Assembly (NCBI GenBank): GCA_964403585.1
Contig: CAYOFQ010000001.1
Coordinates: forward strand, 1,408,826-1,472,825
Direction: 5' to 3'
Length of the DNA: 64,000 bases
DNA from: an uncultured Gammaproteobacteria bacterium
GTDB lineage: Bacteria; Patescibacteriota; Microgenomatia; JALYQM01
The notes beneath the pieces are model-generated. The model was given only the letters and a program-made list of their open reading frames with translations, did no database searches and was not told the origin of the DNA. The translations under genes and the position numbers were made by a program. Every line of letters starts with the position of its first letter. The stretch's first letter is position 1. Below, piece by piece: positions 18,137 to 27,887 of the stretch.

Positions 18137-19756
18137 CTAACTTTCAACTAAATGTCCGGGTATTATTCCTTCATCAAGATATTTCTGTCGCTCTTCGCCG
18201 GTTAATTCCTTAAATCCGACAATTTTACCTCGACAAACCACACTGTCACACATACACACAATCCCTCGGCTTATCTCTGATTCCATAGTTGCGTAGTCAA
18301 CTGCGATCTCATCTCCGGCAGCAATATCCCGCCGGGCTAAAACCCGAATCATCTTGGATTCATAGTCAGGTTCAACATAAACATTTCCATCACAGGAATG
18401 ATTCAAATAATGACCCCACAGAAAATTTCCCACTTCATCAATTGGCTCGATATGCTCATTTTGGGTTAATTGAAGTGAATACATTGTACGTATTGGGGAA
18501 AGCTGGCCCTCTACCGTAAAAAGCAAATCTCCTTTTTTAAAACTTTTCTTCGCATATATCCCAAGTTCGGATTCCAAAGTAGAGCTTGCTCGAACAACCA
18601 CATTTTCGTTCTCTGGATAGTCGATACTTTCTCTATCGTTAAGATAATAATAATGCGGCTCAGGTAAGGCATGATAGTGCGTAAAGAACATTGACGTATA
18701 TGCACCAACGTCATGAAGTATCACTCGATCTCCCATCTGTAAATTTTCAGGCAACATTACTTCAGTTGCCAATGTATCATCAGGATCAAGCGTATTCCCT
18801 GAAACGTTATACTTTACCGGTGGTCCATCTTTCAGAGATTCAATCTTATATGTCAGCTTCCCGCGGCTCTCCAAAATTTCAATCAAACCATGATATACAC
18901 CGAAATTCACAAATAACCAGCGGTTCTTATGCCGCTGAATAGAACGAATTACGCTCAGTATCATACAAGCGGCATCCGCAACCAGTACCCGTCCCGGTTC
19001 ACACCAGAACTCAATATCTTTAGGAAAACTCTTTAAATGCTGATGAATCACGCCTGAAAACTCTTCTAAAGTTGGACAGTCGTTAAACTGATACCGTGCG
19101 GGAAATCCACTGCCAATGTTTAAAATCCGCAACGTCGGCATCGCTTTGTAATATCGCTTAAATAACTCTTTACAATACAACAAAACATCCTTCCAAACGC
19201 CAGTCTCCATATTCTGTGAGCCGACATGGAAACAAATACCGGAAATTGCGATCCCTTGTTCAATTGCGTAATGAAAAATATCTTCTACTTCTTTAGGATT
19301 AGCGCCAAATTTGTCACTGTACTCATAAAACTTGCCCTCGCTTGGCGGCAATATTCGCATCATGAACATACTACCCGGCGCATTTTCATGCAAATGTCCC
19401 AACTCCTCTACCGAATCAAAGGTAAATTTTCGCACCCCGCGATCAAATGCTAAGGCCACGATATGAGCAAACTTAATCGGATGAGTGAACAGGATATTCT
19501 CAGAAGGAACACCTAAGCCAATCAGCTTGTCTATTTCACCTAAACTGGCAGCATCATACGAAAGGCCTCTCCGGTTTATTTCAAGCAATAATTTATCTAA
19601 AGGATTAGTCTTTGTAGAATAGAATATGCGGAATTCTGGAAACAATGAACTAAAAACATCAATATTAGATCTAAACTGATTTAAATCATAAACAAAAGCC
19701 GGAGTTTGACACTCCTGTGATAATAATTCAAAGGAGGTGTTTTGATCGGATGACAT
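18137..19756 (-). CDS. fusion protein: ornithine/DAP/arginine-decarboxylase-fold (fold III) PLP enzyme + C-terminal SET-domain methyltransferase
   Basis: N-terminal about 390 aa carries FYSTKTN (PLP Lys), NIGSGFP, CFHVGSQ, EPGR and DVGAYT motifs of the ODC/DapDC family. C-terminal about 140 aa carries the SET hallmarks NHSCDGN, GDEIAVDY and a post-SET CMCDSVVC. Confidence 0.75.
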   Translation of the reverse strand: MSSDQNTSFELLSQECQTPAFVYDLNQFRSNIDVFSSLFPEFRIFYSTKTNPLDKLLLEINRRGLSYDAASLGEIDKLIGLGVPSENILFTHPIKFAHIVALAFDRGVRKFTFDSVEELGHLHENAPGSMFMMRILPPSEGKFYEYSDKFGANPKEVEDIFHYAIEQGIAISGICFHVGSQNMETGVWKDVLLYCKELFKRYYKAMPTLRILNIGSGFPARYQFNDCPTLEEFSGVIHQHLKSFPKDIEFWCEPGRVLVADAACMILSVIRSIQRHKNRWLFVNFGVYHGLIEILESRGKLTYKIESLKDGPPVKYNVSGNTLDPDDTLATEVMLPENLQMGDRVILHDVGAYTSMFFTHYHALPEPHYYYLNDRESIDYPENENVVVRASSTLESELGIYAKKSFKKGDLLFTVEGQLSPIRTMYSLQLTQNEHIEPIDEVGNFLWGHYLNHSCDGNVYVEPDYESKMIRVLARRDIAAGDEIAVDYATMESEISRGIVCMCDSVVCRGKIVGFKELTGEERQKYLDEGIIPGHLVES

Positions 19757-19852
19757 ATAAAGAGCTAATATTATTGACTTTCATAAAGATAAGTATAACA
19801 ATGGAATTATTAGAAATGCAATATTTTTCTAAGATAAATAGATCAACAACGT

Positions 19853-20659
19853 ATGCAGCTTACTAAAGTATCCATCGCAATACTGTGTTATTACATTCTT
19901 ATTGCGGTCTGGTGGTTAGTGCTCTACGCGCAAGGCATCAAATTTTCTCAAGTTAACTACTGGTATCAATTTGCGTTTGGACTCATACCCCTGGTTGGTG
20001 GTATTGCCGGTATTGTGCGCGCCCGTGAATGGGGATTTTTTAATAGCAAAGTTGGCATTGCCCTAATTTTTATCTCTGCCGGATTAGTTACCTGGGGCAT
20101 CGGACAGATGTTCTGGTCAATTTACTACAACCTTATCCTCGGCGTCGAAGTTCCGTATCCCTCTCTGGCCGACGTTGGATTTATTCTGAGCTGGCCACTG
20201 TGGTCTATCGGTATTATCCACCTATCCCGTGCCACCGGAGCTCATTTTTCACTCAAAAGTGTCCAAGGAAAAACATTACTTTTTTCTATTCCTGTAGTCT
20301 TTATTGCCCTTTCCTACTATCTGCTCATTGTCGTTGCCCGGGGTGGATCAATCACCGATCTTTCCGAGAGCTACTTAAAGATATTTTTTGATCTAGCCTA
20401 TCCAATCGGCGATGTGGTTATTTTATCGCTCGCTGTGCTCATATTTGGACTCTCCGTAAATTACCTGGGCGGCAGATACCGTATCTCAATTTTGACACTC
20501 CTGCTTGGATTTGTTGTTAATTACATTGTCGACTTCGCTTTCTCATATACAACAACAGCCGAAACATATTACAACGGACATTGGGTAGACTTGCTATTCC
20601 CAACTGCGATGGTGCTTATTGCTGTTGCAGTCAACAATTTCAGCACGGAGGTTGAGTAA
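19853..20659 (+). CDS. polytopic membrane protein (about 7 TM), unknown function
   Basis: 268 aa, repeated hydrophobic helices. Immediately upstream of a small ORF and the hybrid histidine kinase (possible sensor module). Confidence 0.4.
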   Translation: MQLTKVSIAILCYYILIAVWWLVLYAQGIKFSQVNYWYQFAFGLIPLVGGIAGIVRAREWGFFNSKVGIALIFISAGLVTWGIGQMFWSIYYNLILGVEVPYPSLADVGFILSWPLWSIGIIHLSRATGAHFSLKSVQGKTLLFSIPVVFIALSYYLLIVVARGGSITDLSESYLKIFFDLAYPIGDVVILSLAVLIFGLSVNYLGGRYRISILTLLLGFVVNYIVDFAFSYTTTAETYYNGHWVDLLFPTAMVLIAVAVNNFSTEVE

Positions 20660-20664
20660 CAAGC

Positions 20665-20943
20665 ATGGACCTGTATAAACAAATTATTACCAATATTATT
20701 AAAGAGCAGCAATACATTATCGGACCACTTGCTGTAACACAAGCGAACAAAGTGCCTGGATTACATATTGAATCGGTAGACAATGTCAGCCTGGAAGGCG
20801 ACGGTAAAACCATCATCCAAAATCTAGTTGAGCGGTACTCTAAACTTTTCGGACAAGCCTCAGTACAAATATGCAAAGAAGCGATTGAACCGTTACAGGG
20901 TAAACTCCAACCGCAAGATTTACCGGATATATTAAAAGATTAA
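20665..20943 (+). CDS. small hypothetical protein (92 aa)
   Basis: ORF sits between the membrane protein and the HK with 5-nt gaps (operon-like). Confidence 0.3.
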   Translation: MDLYKQIITNIIKEQQYIIGPLAVTQANKVPGLHIESVDNVSLEGDGKTIIQNLVERYSKLFGQASVQICKEAIEPLQGKLQPQDLPDILKD

Positions 20944-20947
20944 CCAC

Positions 20948-22759
20948 ATGGCCAATATAGTTAACTTATCATTTTACGCTGACCTCCAGCAGTCGATGTT
21001 GGATATCGACGACACCGAAGTGCTGGTTATAACTGCATTGAATCAAGTCTCTACCGAACTGTCTGTGATTAACCTCACTGCCAAATACCTGAGCGCGCTC
21101 TTTCTTGATGAAGAAAAGCAAATCGCCCTGATATATACAAAAAATGAGCACACCAGTGAGTATGAACAGGCAGATACCAAAACTAATGCGGAAGCCCGTG
21201 AGCTGTATGAAAAATTAAATAATATACTTAATTCAGAGAACACTGTTAGATCGGCCATCCAAAATAAGAAAATAGCCATTATACAGGACAAGGATACAAT
21301 TATCCCTTCCAATGTACCAAATCGAGATGAAACTCAAGCAATACTGGTATCACCCATATATATTGCCAAAGGATTTCGGGGGGTAATTATTTACGGGTTA
21401 GATAAACCGCCAATAGAACTGGACCAGAACCAGCTCCAGGTGGTAAAAATTATGTCCAACCTTATTGGTCAATCCTTCAGATTACAGGACTCCCAAACAT
21501 CCATTACCACTATTACCCAGGAACTATACAAAACCAATGCTCAGCTACACCAGCTGGATAAAATGAAAGATCAGCTCATCGCAGTAACCTCACACGAACT
21601 ACGTACCCCGGCAACTGTTGTCCAAAATTACTTATGGATGGTTTTATCCAAACCAGCAGCAGGAACAGTGCTTTCGGACAAAGATAACGAACGTTTGAAA
21701 AACTCCTTTACCGGCATCCAAAACCTTATCCACCTTATCAACGACATTCTCGATGTATCCAAGATCGAAAGTGGGAGCATCGAACTAAACGTGCAGCCGG
21801 TTAAGTACTCTGATGTGGTTTTTGAAATAGTACGGGATCTGATGCCAAAAGCTCAAGCAAAAAAAATCGCGCTTACCGTTACCAAAGAGGAAAAGCTTCC
21901 GGATGTAATTCAAACAGATAGCGTCAGATTAAAGGAAATTCTCGTTAACCTGATCAGTAATGGAGTCAAATTTACCGAAAAAGGCTCCGTGAACATTCAT
22001 ATATCGCAAAAAGACAACCAGCTTCAGTTTGCTATCAAAGATACCGGCCGCGGAATTGCCGCAGACTTCCTTCCCAATCTATTTAAAAAATTCCACCGCG
22101 AGGACACCGCCCTAACTGCCTCGAATCCCGAAACCGGTGGTACCGGACTCGGACTATACATCACTAAATCCATGACCGAAATTATGCAGGGGAAAATTTC
22201 AGTTGAATCGGTACACAACCAGGGATCAACCTTCACCATAACTCTTCCGGTCAATCCCAGTCTTGTTCAACCACAAAAGCCTGCCTCTGTTGCCACTCCT
22301 TTTATTCACGAGGGAGTCATTACCCGTTCAGATTATCTTCGATCGGTCGGACAATCCACTACCCCTCCTGCAAAATCTAAACCTCAGGATACCCGCAAAA
22401 AAATTCTCCTTATCGAAGATGACCAGGATATGCAGGATCTGTATGGAGATTATCTTTCAGATATCTATAACATCACCATTGCCCACAACGGCCAAGAGGG
22501 CCTCGAAAAAATGGAAAACGAGCAATATGATCTGGTTTTGCTGGACATTATGATGCCCAAAATGGACGGTGTAGAATTCCTGGAAAAGAAAAAAGGACAC
22601 GAGAAAAATTTTGGTGTACCGGTAGTGCTCCTCACTAACCTCGCAGCCGAAGAAGTCCTCAACAAATGCATACAATTGGGCGCCAAGTCGCTTATTATGA
22701 AGTCGGACATCACCCCGGATCAAATCCCACCGGTTATTAATCAGGTCTTACAATCTTAA
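20948..22759 (+). CDS. hybrid sensor histidine kinase (N-terminal sensory domain, HisKA, HATPase_c, C-terminal receiver)
   Basis: HisKA SHELRTP. HATPase N/G boxes (LISNGVKFT, DTGRGIA, GGTGLGLYI). C-terminal REC with ILLIEDD...DLVLLDIMMPKMDG. Confidence 0.85.
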   Translation: MANIVNLSFYADLQQSMLDIDDTEVLVITALNQVSTELSVINLTAKYLSALFLDEEKQIALIYTKNEHTSEYEQADTKTNAEARELYEKLNNILNSENTVRSAIQNKKIAIIQDKDTIIPSNVPNRDETQAILVSPIYIAKGFRGVIIYGLDKPPIELDQNQLQVVKIMSNLIGQSFRLQDSQTSITTITQELYKTNAQLHQLDKMKDQLIAVTSHELRTPATVVQNYLWMVLSKPAAGTVLSDKDNERLKNSFTGIQNLIHLINDILDVSKIESGSIELNVQPVKYSDVVFEIVRDLMPKAQAKKIALTVTKEEKLPDVIQTDSVRLKEILVNLISNGVKFTEKGSVNIHISQKDNQLQFAIKDTGRGIAADFLPNLFKKFHREDTALTASNPETGGTGLGLYITKSMTEIMQGKISVESVHNQGSTFTITLPVNPSLVQPQKPASVATPFIHEGVITRSDYLRSVGQSTTPPAKSKPQDTRKKILLIEDDQDMQDLYGDYLSDIYNITIAHNGQEGLEKMENEQYDLVLLDIMMPKMDGVEFLEKKKGHEKNFGVPVVLLTNLAAEEVLNKCIQLGAKSLIMKSDITPDQIPPVINQVLQS

Positions 22760-25536
22760 CTCTCTTGTGCCTTTTTAAGCGTAAACGTAAACGTACTTCC
22801 TTTACCCGGAGTTGAAGTAACTGAAACCGTTCCCCCCATAGCTTCAATATATTTTTTACAAATATACAAACCTAACCCGGTACCGGTTGTCTGCGCAACA
22901 GTCGCATACTGGTTATCCAAACGGCCAAATTTGGTAAACAACTTTGGCATATCTTCCGGGTTAATACCTTTACCGGTATCGGTTACCGACACAGACACAA
23001 AATCACCCTTATCTAACACCGTTGTTGTAATCGACCCCTGATCGGTAAATTTAAGCGAATTACCTATAAGATTAATAAGCACTTCGTGCACCTTATCCCC
23101 ATCGGCAAAGACCAGTACTTTATCCTCACTCTCAATACCTAATTTAATATTCTTCTCATCAGCCTTAATCTGCAATTCTTCGTTAACCGCTTTGATCAAA
23201 TCAACCAGCTCAAAATTCTTGTTCTCAATTTTAGTCCTTCCACCCTCAATCCGGGAAATAGTTAACATATCATTAACGAGATTAATTAAGCGCGATGTCG
23301 ACTGCGCCACCCGCTGCAGGTAATACCGCTGCTTCTCCTGCAAATCACCACCCTTACCGTTCAAAAGCATCCAAACATATCCATTAATAGCCGTCATCGG
23401 CGTTCTGAGCTCATGCGAAGCCACCGAAACGAACTCATCCTTCATCTTATCCAGCTCAATAAGCTTCTGGTTACTAACCTCAAGGGCCTCATTCGCCGTC
23501 TTCGCTTCTTCGTACAAATACGAGTTCTCTAATGCAATCCCTACCTCATCCATGAAGGCATCAAGCACATTCATTTCAGACGCCGGTACATCGTGCGGAG
23601 CTATATGCATAGCTAATGCCAAGGTCCCAAGAGGCTTATCCTTTGAAAACAAAGGATATACAATCATTCCCTTCATTCCGATTACTTGCTGTATTGTGTT
23701 TGATATTGGCCGTGGTAATCCAGGCGCCAATGCATCAGCAAGCGACGTCGTTGTAATTTTGCTACGCAAATCTAAAGCCTGCACCGCCATACTTCGCTTT
23801 TCATCAAGAGGAGTAGTAATATTTTCAAACGGACCTGGTAAGACAGAAAGTGCCCTTTTTATCGTAGGAGTCTGCGAAACTGCAGTTGGCACCAATACAC
23901 TTCTTTTAGAGTCTACTAAACTAATAATTGCGCCGTCATATCCTAACTCCCAAGAAATGGTATCTACTACTTTCTGACACATTTCCTTTAAGTCCAAAGT
24001 GGTGGTAATAATATTCTCCATGTGACGCAGAATTTCTAAGTTTTTATTTTTCTGCTTAAGCTCAAGGGTCGCTCTATCCACTTCAATTTTCAATCTCTCA
24101 CCAAAATCTCTTGAGTGCATAAAAATAAGAATATTTTCGATTCCAATTGCAGCTTGCAATGCAAATGTCTCAAGAACAGAAACATCCTCTCTAGTAAAAG
24201 CATCACCTGATTTTTTATCACCGATAATTATCGCTCCAATAACTTCATTCTTAATTTTTAAAGGTAGAACAATACTGACCTCATTTTCTAACATCCATTC
24301 AATTACTTGATTCTTATTATGGTCTTCTTTATCAATAACATCATCTTGTAAATCCTCTAACAGAACAGAACCACTACTGGTTTGTAATAAACTAGTTAGT
24401 ACTGACAACATAACCAGTTGTTTATTAGATTCTCCATAGTTATAAACTACAAATTCTTTACTCTGCGGAAATATTGTAGACAGATTATTTCTTCCTTGTA
24501 ATTTAACAGCAAAAGCCATATGCGAGATATGTAAGTTAGAATTAATAATTGTGTATACATTTTTTAATACCTCTTCAAAACCCAAAGTTGAATTTAAAGC
24601 GAGACTAAGCTCTCTTAACAAGTCAGACGGATTATAAACACTACTAAATAAATATTTATCAGTTGCTTTTCTTATATAATAAGCTAAAGAGTCATAAACT
24701 AAAGATAATAAGAAAGCTGCGAGAACAAAAATGTAAAGTAGAGTATAATCAAAATTATCACCTTTAAAACTGAAATATACAAAACCAGCAATCGAAAAAA
24801 TACCTATGATTGAAATTGTAATCAGAAGCTGAGCCAAGCCTCGCCTCAAAGCCAATCTGATATCTAGTAATCTATGTTTAATGATTGCGTATGATATTAA
24901 GGCAACAAAAATTAAAGAAAATGACGGACCTAAAGCTACAAAACCAGAAAACTGGAACAATACCACAGCGACAAAATTAGTCACAACTTGCAAAGCGAAA
25001 GTAAGTATTACTCCTATATATAAATATTTAAATTGAAGCTTAATTATTCCCTTTGCTTTTTTATATCTATGAATAGTTACCCAAATACCGTAAATCAACG
25101 AACCAAAAAATAAAACGACATAAAACAGTATTCCAAAATTTGGTTTAGGGCTAATGGTCGGAACTAATGTAACTCCTGAAAAGACTAATGGAGTCATCGC
25201 CATTAAAGCCACTGCAATAGTTGAAAAAATTAGCAAAACTACACTTCTTTTCCTAACAGAAATTTCGCTTCTTGGGAATGCTAAAAGCAACAATGCTACT
25301 GTTGGACCTAGTGGCGCTGTAGCAACCATAACCATTCTAATCCAAAATAAAGTTATTTCAGCAGAATTTGAGTTTAGTGAAAAATAATTAAAAATCGACC
25401 AAGAAGCAAAAATAATAGTTAGAATAGCTATTAATTTATGTGTAGTACTTCTAGAATTTTTTGAAAAAACTAATAAACCTAAAGATAAATTTATTAATGC
25501 AGTAAAAATGACTATTGCTAAAGTCAGAAAACTCAT
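22756..25536 (-). CDS. multi-TM sensor histidine kinase with GAF domain(s)
   Basis: 926 aa. N-terminal about 300 aa with 7+ TM helices, GAF-like middle, HisKA SHELRTPMTAI, HATPase (LIGNSLKFT, DTGKGI, GTGLGLYI). Stop codon overlaps the stop of the convergent HK (TTAA at 22756-22759). Confidence 0.85.
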   Translation of the reverse strand: MSFLTLAIVIFTALINLSLGLLVFSKNSRSTTHKLIAILTIIFASWSIFNYFSLNSNSAEITLFWIRMVMVATAPLGPTVALLLLAFPRSEISVRKRSVVLLIFSTIAVALMAMTPLVFSGVTLVPTISPKPNFGILFYVVLFFGSLIYGIWVTIHRYKKAKGIIKLQFKYLYIGVILTFALQVVTNFVAVVLFQFSGFVALGPSFSLIFVALISYAIIKHRLLDIRLALRRGLAQLLITISIIGIFSIAGFVYFSFKGDNFDYTLLYIFVLAAFLLSLVYDSLAYYIRKATDKYLFSSVYNPSDLLRELSLALNSTLGFEEVLKNVYTIINSNLHISHMAFAVKLQGRNNLSTIFPQSKEFVVYNYGESNKQLVMLSVLTSLLQTSSGSVLLEDLQDDVIDKEDHNKNQVIEWMLENEVSIVLPLKIKNEVIGAIIIGDKKSGDAFTREDVSVLETFALQAAIGIENILIFMHSRDFGERLKIEVDRATLELKQKNKNLEILRHMENIITTTLDLKEMCQKVVDTISWELGYDGAIISLVDSKRSVLVPTAVSQTPTIKRALSVLPGPFENITTPLDEKRSMAVQALDLRSKITTTSLADALAPGLPRPISNTIQQVIGMKGMIVYPLFSKDKPLGTLALAMHIAPHDVPASEMNVLDAFMDEVGIALENSYLYEEAKTANEALEVSNQKLIELDKMKDEFVSVASHELRTPMTAINGYVWMLLNGKGGDLQEKQRYYLQRVAQSTSRLINLVNDMLTISRIEGGRTKIENKNFELVDLIKAVNEELQIKADEKNIKLGIESEDKVLVFADGDKVHEVLINLIGNSLKFTDQGSITTTVLDKGDFVSVSVTDTGKGINPEDMPKLFTKFGRLDNQYATVAQTTGTGLGLYICKKYIEAMGGTVSVTSTPGKGSTFTFTLKKAQES

Positions 25537-25585
25537 ACAAATAGAGTATCTCTTGCCAATTAAATTTGCAATGGAATCAGAAAAA

Positions 25586-26788
25586 TTATTTTCTTACAGA
25601 AGTTCTCAGATCTATCATTACTTCGTCTTTTATATCAGAGCCTTCAAGATATTCCATAATAGCCGCACCCACAATTGCGCTAGATAACCGAGCTGCAATA
25701 CCTGATTGTGGCCAAAAGTTATGCCCATCAGCTACCACAGCCCCAACCGCAGATTGAAAATCATGAGTCATAAAGTGACCTATCATCTTACCAGCAATAA
25801 TTGTTTTTATATTCTGCGGCAACTCTTTTCCTTGATAATACATTTCCTCAAGCATTACCATATCATCAGGAGTTAATCGCCCACCAAATAATGTACTTCC
25901 TGGAAAATGGATCTGGTTGGCACCTGCCAATGAGATGTCTGTACCCATAAAGACTGGTGAATTTGATTTTTCACGAATAATTCCTTTTAGATAGAGTTGA
26001 TCAATTTCCTCTAGTACAATTCCTTCTAAACCTACCCACTCTAAGACTTTATGTAGTGAAACAGTATCTGACGCATCCTCTAATCCAAGATTTTGAGAAT
26101 AAGCTTTATAGTTTCCATAAGGAAAAAAATCCAATGCTCTTTGCAAAAAATGAGTCGCATGATTCAATCCATAGGAATGTACGCCACTAGAGGGGAGTCG
26201 CTGTGTATCGTGAGGGGCTACAGTTCCCCCATCTATAACAGTAAGATTTTCAGCACCTAACCACATAAGCACTTCAGCAATTGAGAAACCGACACCCGCA
26301 CCAATAATCGCAATTTTAGTCGTCCTTAAACGTTCATAAGCATCTTTAGTAAAGATCCCTTTATTGCGAGAAAAAACAATTTCCCGCATTTGATCGTAAG
26401 GAAGAATTGAAACAAACCGTCCTTCATTCAACCAAGAAAACTCAGCAATAACACTAGAGTCCAAAAAACTTGAATCTGAAATTATTCTTCTCCGTATTTC
26501 ATCATCATTGTCTTTTCTCAATTTTGCATGATCTATAAGTTGTAATGGATATTCATCTACAAGGAACCTTAATTCTAAAGCACGAGCTAACATTTGAGGA
26601 ACATCGTTACCAATTCGCCATAACAAGAATCGCTGATTATCATGTCCTTGACCTAAAGCATGAGTACGCAATGAAGAAATGAACGCAGCCTTGCCTAGCT
26701 CATCTTCTAATTGGTATAAATTAACATGAGGAGATGACTCTGTGCTTACCTTTAACTCAGAATTAGTAATAAATAAATTCTCATGCAT
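25586..26788 (-). CDS. E1/ThiF/MoeB-like adenylyltransferase-fold protein with about 170-aa N-terminal extension
   Basis: KIAIIGAGVGFSIAEVLMWLGAENLTVIDGGTVAPHDTQR matches the E1-like Rossmann/nucleotide-binding signature (GxGxxG...LxLxDxDxVexsNLnRQ). No C-terminal CxxC pairs. The start is 1 nt after the upstream gene's stop. Confidence 0.6.
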   Translation of the reverse strand: MHENLFITNSELKVSTESSPHVNLYQLEDELGKAAFISSLRTHALGQGHDNQRFLLWRIGNDVPQMLARALELRFLVDEYPLQLIDHAKLRKDNDDEIRRRIISDSSFLDSSVIAEFSWLNEGRFVSILPYDQMREIVFSRNKGIFTKDAYERLRTTKIAIIGAGVGFSIAEVLMWLGAENLTVIDGGTVAPHDTQRLPSSGVHSYGLNHATHFLQRALDFFPYGNYKAYSQNLGLEDASDTVSLHKVLEWVGLEGIVLEEIDQLYLKGIIREKSNSPVFMGTDISLAGANQIHFPGSTLFGGRLTPDDMVMLEEMYYQGKELPQNIKTIIAGKMIGHFMTHDFQSAVGAVVADGHNFWPQSGIAARLSSAIVGAAIMEYLEGSDIKDEVMIDLRTSVRK

Positions 26789-26789
26789 A

Positions 26790-27704
26790 TTAAGCTGTTA
26801 CAAACTCATATAAACGAGGCGTATCTGTTCTGCCATATAAGTGAGGCAACCAATACTGCGAGAACTTCTTATAATAAGCATTAGCCATTACTGCTTCCTG
26901 AAGAATTTGCATCTCTTCTACTGACCCTACTCCTGCATATAATAAATTTAATGCATCAACATCTGTGGTCAAATCTACCCCTAACTCATAACCTGGAATT
27001 TGTTTGAGAGACATCGGTATCTCAACAACTTCAATGCCTCCTGCCTTTACATTTCTAACAACTCTTCTTGGCATTACAGCCGCAAACGACTCTACAGGCG
27101 GAAATTTATTCTTACTTATCTCAAAACCTAAACGTAGTAAGCTACCTGTAAGTAAACCAGGGATACCTTGCAACTTACGTATATCTTCTACTAAACAATA
27201 TCTACCTACTGTAGCAACAGTAGAGTAAGGTTTTCCTACTTCTTCATTAGGCCATTTAGCTGACACTAAATCCATTTCTGCAATAGGTGACATGCCTGGA
27301 ATTCCACTATCTGTACCAAACACAAATCTCATAGTTGAAGTAACAATACGTCCCTCTTGGTTTGGTAGGTTCGTTACTGCAGCTAATACTACAGATCTAC
27401 CCTCTACTTCATTTCCGTCCTTACAAAGCAACTGATAAACCTCAGCTTGTGAAAGACGATGCTCTGGGTTAGCTAAAGGAGCATAATTAGCAGCCACAGT
27501 CTGTAGTGTAGCCTCAAGCAATTCGGGATCAGTCGTAACGTCAAGATACTCAGTATTTTTGCCTACATACTCAGAAGTCAAGTTAGGTGCAATATTGTAT
27601 CTTATTTCAAGACTTTTTGTACGTCTAACGCTGGGAATTCCTGATTCTAGTAAGGGATTCCCTTCTTTAATAACAGTAGTAGCTCTCGTTTCTAAAACTG
27701 GCAT
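26790..27704 (-). CDS. uncharacterised 304-aa protein, translationally coupled partner of the E1-like gene
   Basis: No clear family. Weak nitroreductase/SagB-like hints only (SVRRTKS near the N-terminus, NLPNQ). AT-rich codon usage distinct from neighbours. Confidence 0.45.
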   Translation of the reverse strand: MPVLETRATTVIKEGNPLLESGIPSVRRTKSLEIRYNIAPNLTSEYVGKNTEYLDVTTDPELLEATLQTVAANYAPLANPEHRLSQAEVYQLLCKDGNEVEGRSVVLAAVTNLPNQEGRIVTSTMRFVFGTDSGIPGMSPIAEMDLVSAKWPNEEVGKPYSTVATVGRYCLVEDIRKLQGIPGLLTGSLLRLGFEISKNKFPPVESFAAVMPRRVVRNVKAGGIEVVEIPMSLKQIPGYELGVDLTTDVDALNLLYAGVGSVEEMQILQEAVMANAYYKKFSQYWLPHLYGRTDTPRLYEFVTA

Positions 27705-27708
27705 AAGA

Positions 27709-27745
27709 CAAAAAAAGCGCTACTCCACTAACTAGGAGTAGCGCT
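27709..27745 (-). terminator. intrinsic terminator/attenuator in the 5' leader of the E1-like operon
   Basis: Minus strand: agcgctactcc-tagttagt-ggagtagcgct followed by TTTTTTT, ending 5 nt before the ATG of the 304-aa gene. Confidence 0.5.
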
Positions 27746-27787
27746 TTAAACACCAAAATTCATAAGAATAATACTATAAGTTGTCAT
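27746..27787 (-). CDS. 13-codon leader ORF (MTTYSIILMNFGV) between promoter and attenuator
   Basis: ATG 8 nt after AGG. Stop TAA abuts the terminator hairpin. Could be a leader peptide or a short precursor peptide. No conservation data. Confidence 0.2.
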   Translation of the reverse strand: MTTYSIILMNFGV

Positions 27788-27796
27788 AAAAAAACC

Positions 27797-27851
27797 TAAA
27801 TGTGACATTTGGAGCGCAATTATAGCACATATATACCGCAATGTCAACACT
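27797..27851 (-). promoter_or_regulatory. consensus sigma70 promoter (TTGACA-N17-TATAAT) with 13-bp perfect palindromic operator AAATGTGACATTT at the transcription start
   Basis: Minus strand reads ttgacattgcggtatatatgtgctataattgcgctccaaatgtcacattt. Confidence 0.45.
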
Positions 27852-27887
27852 ATAAGACATATTAATTTTTCTTTCTATATTTAAAAA

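Noticed and set aside
27746-27787. MccA-like heptapeptide precursor for the E1-like enzyme
   Set aside because: The architecture (tiny ORF + terminator upstream of an E1-like gene) is reminiscent of microcin C loci, but the peptide does not end in Asn and a 304-aa gene intervenes. Kept only as a low-confidence hypothesis.
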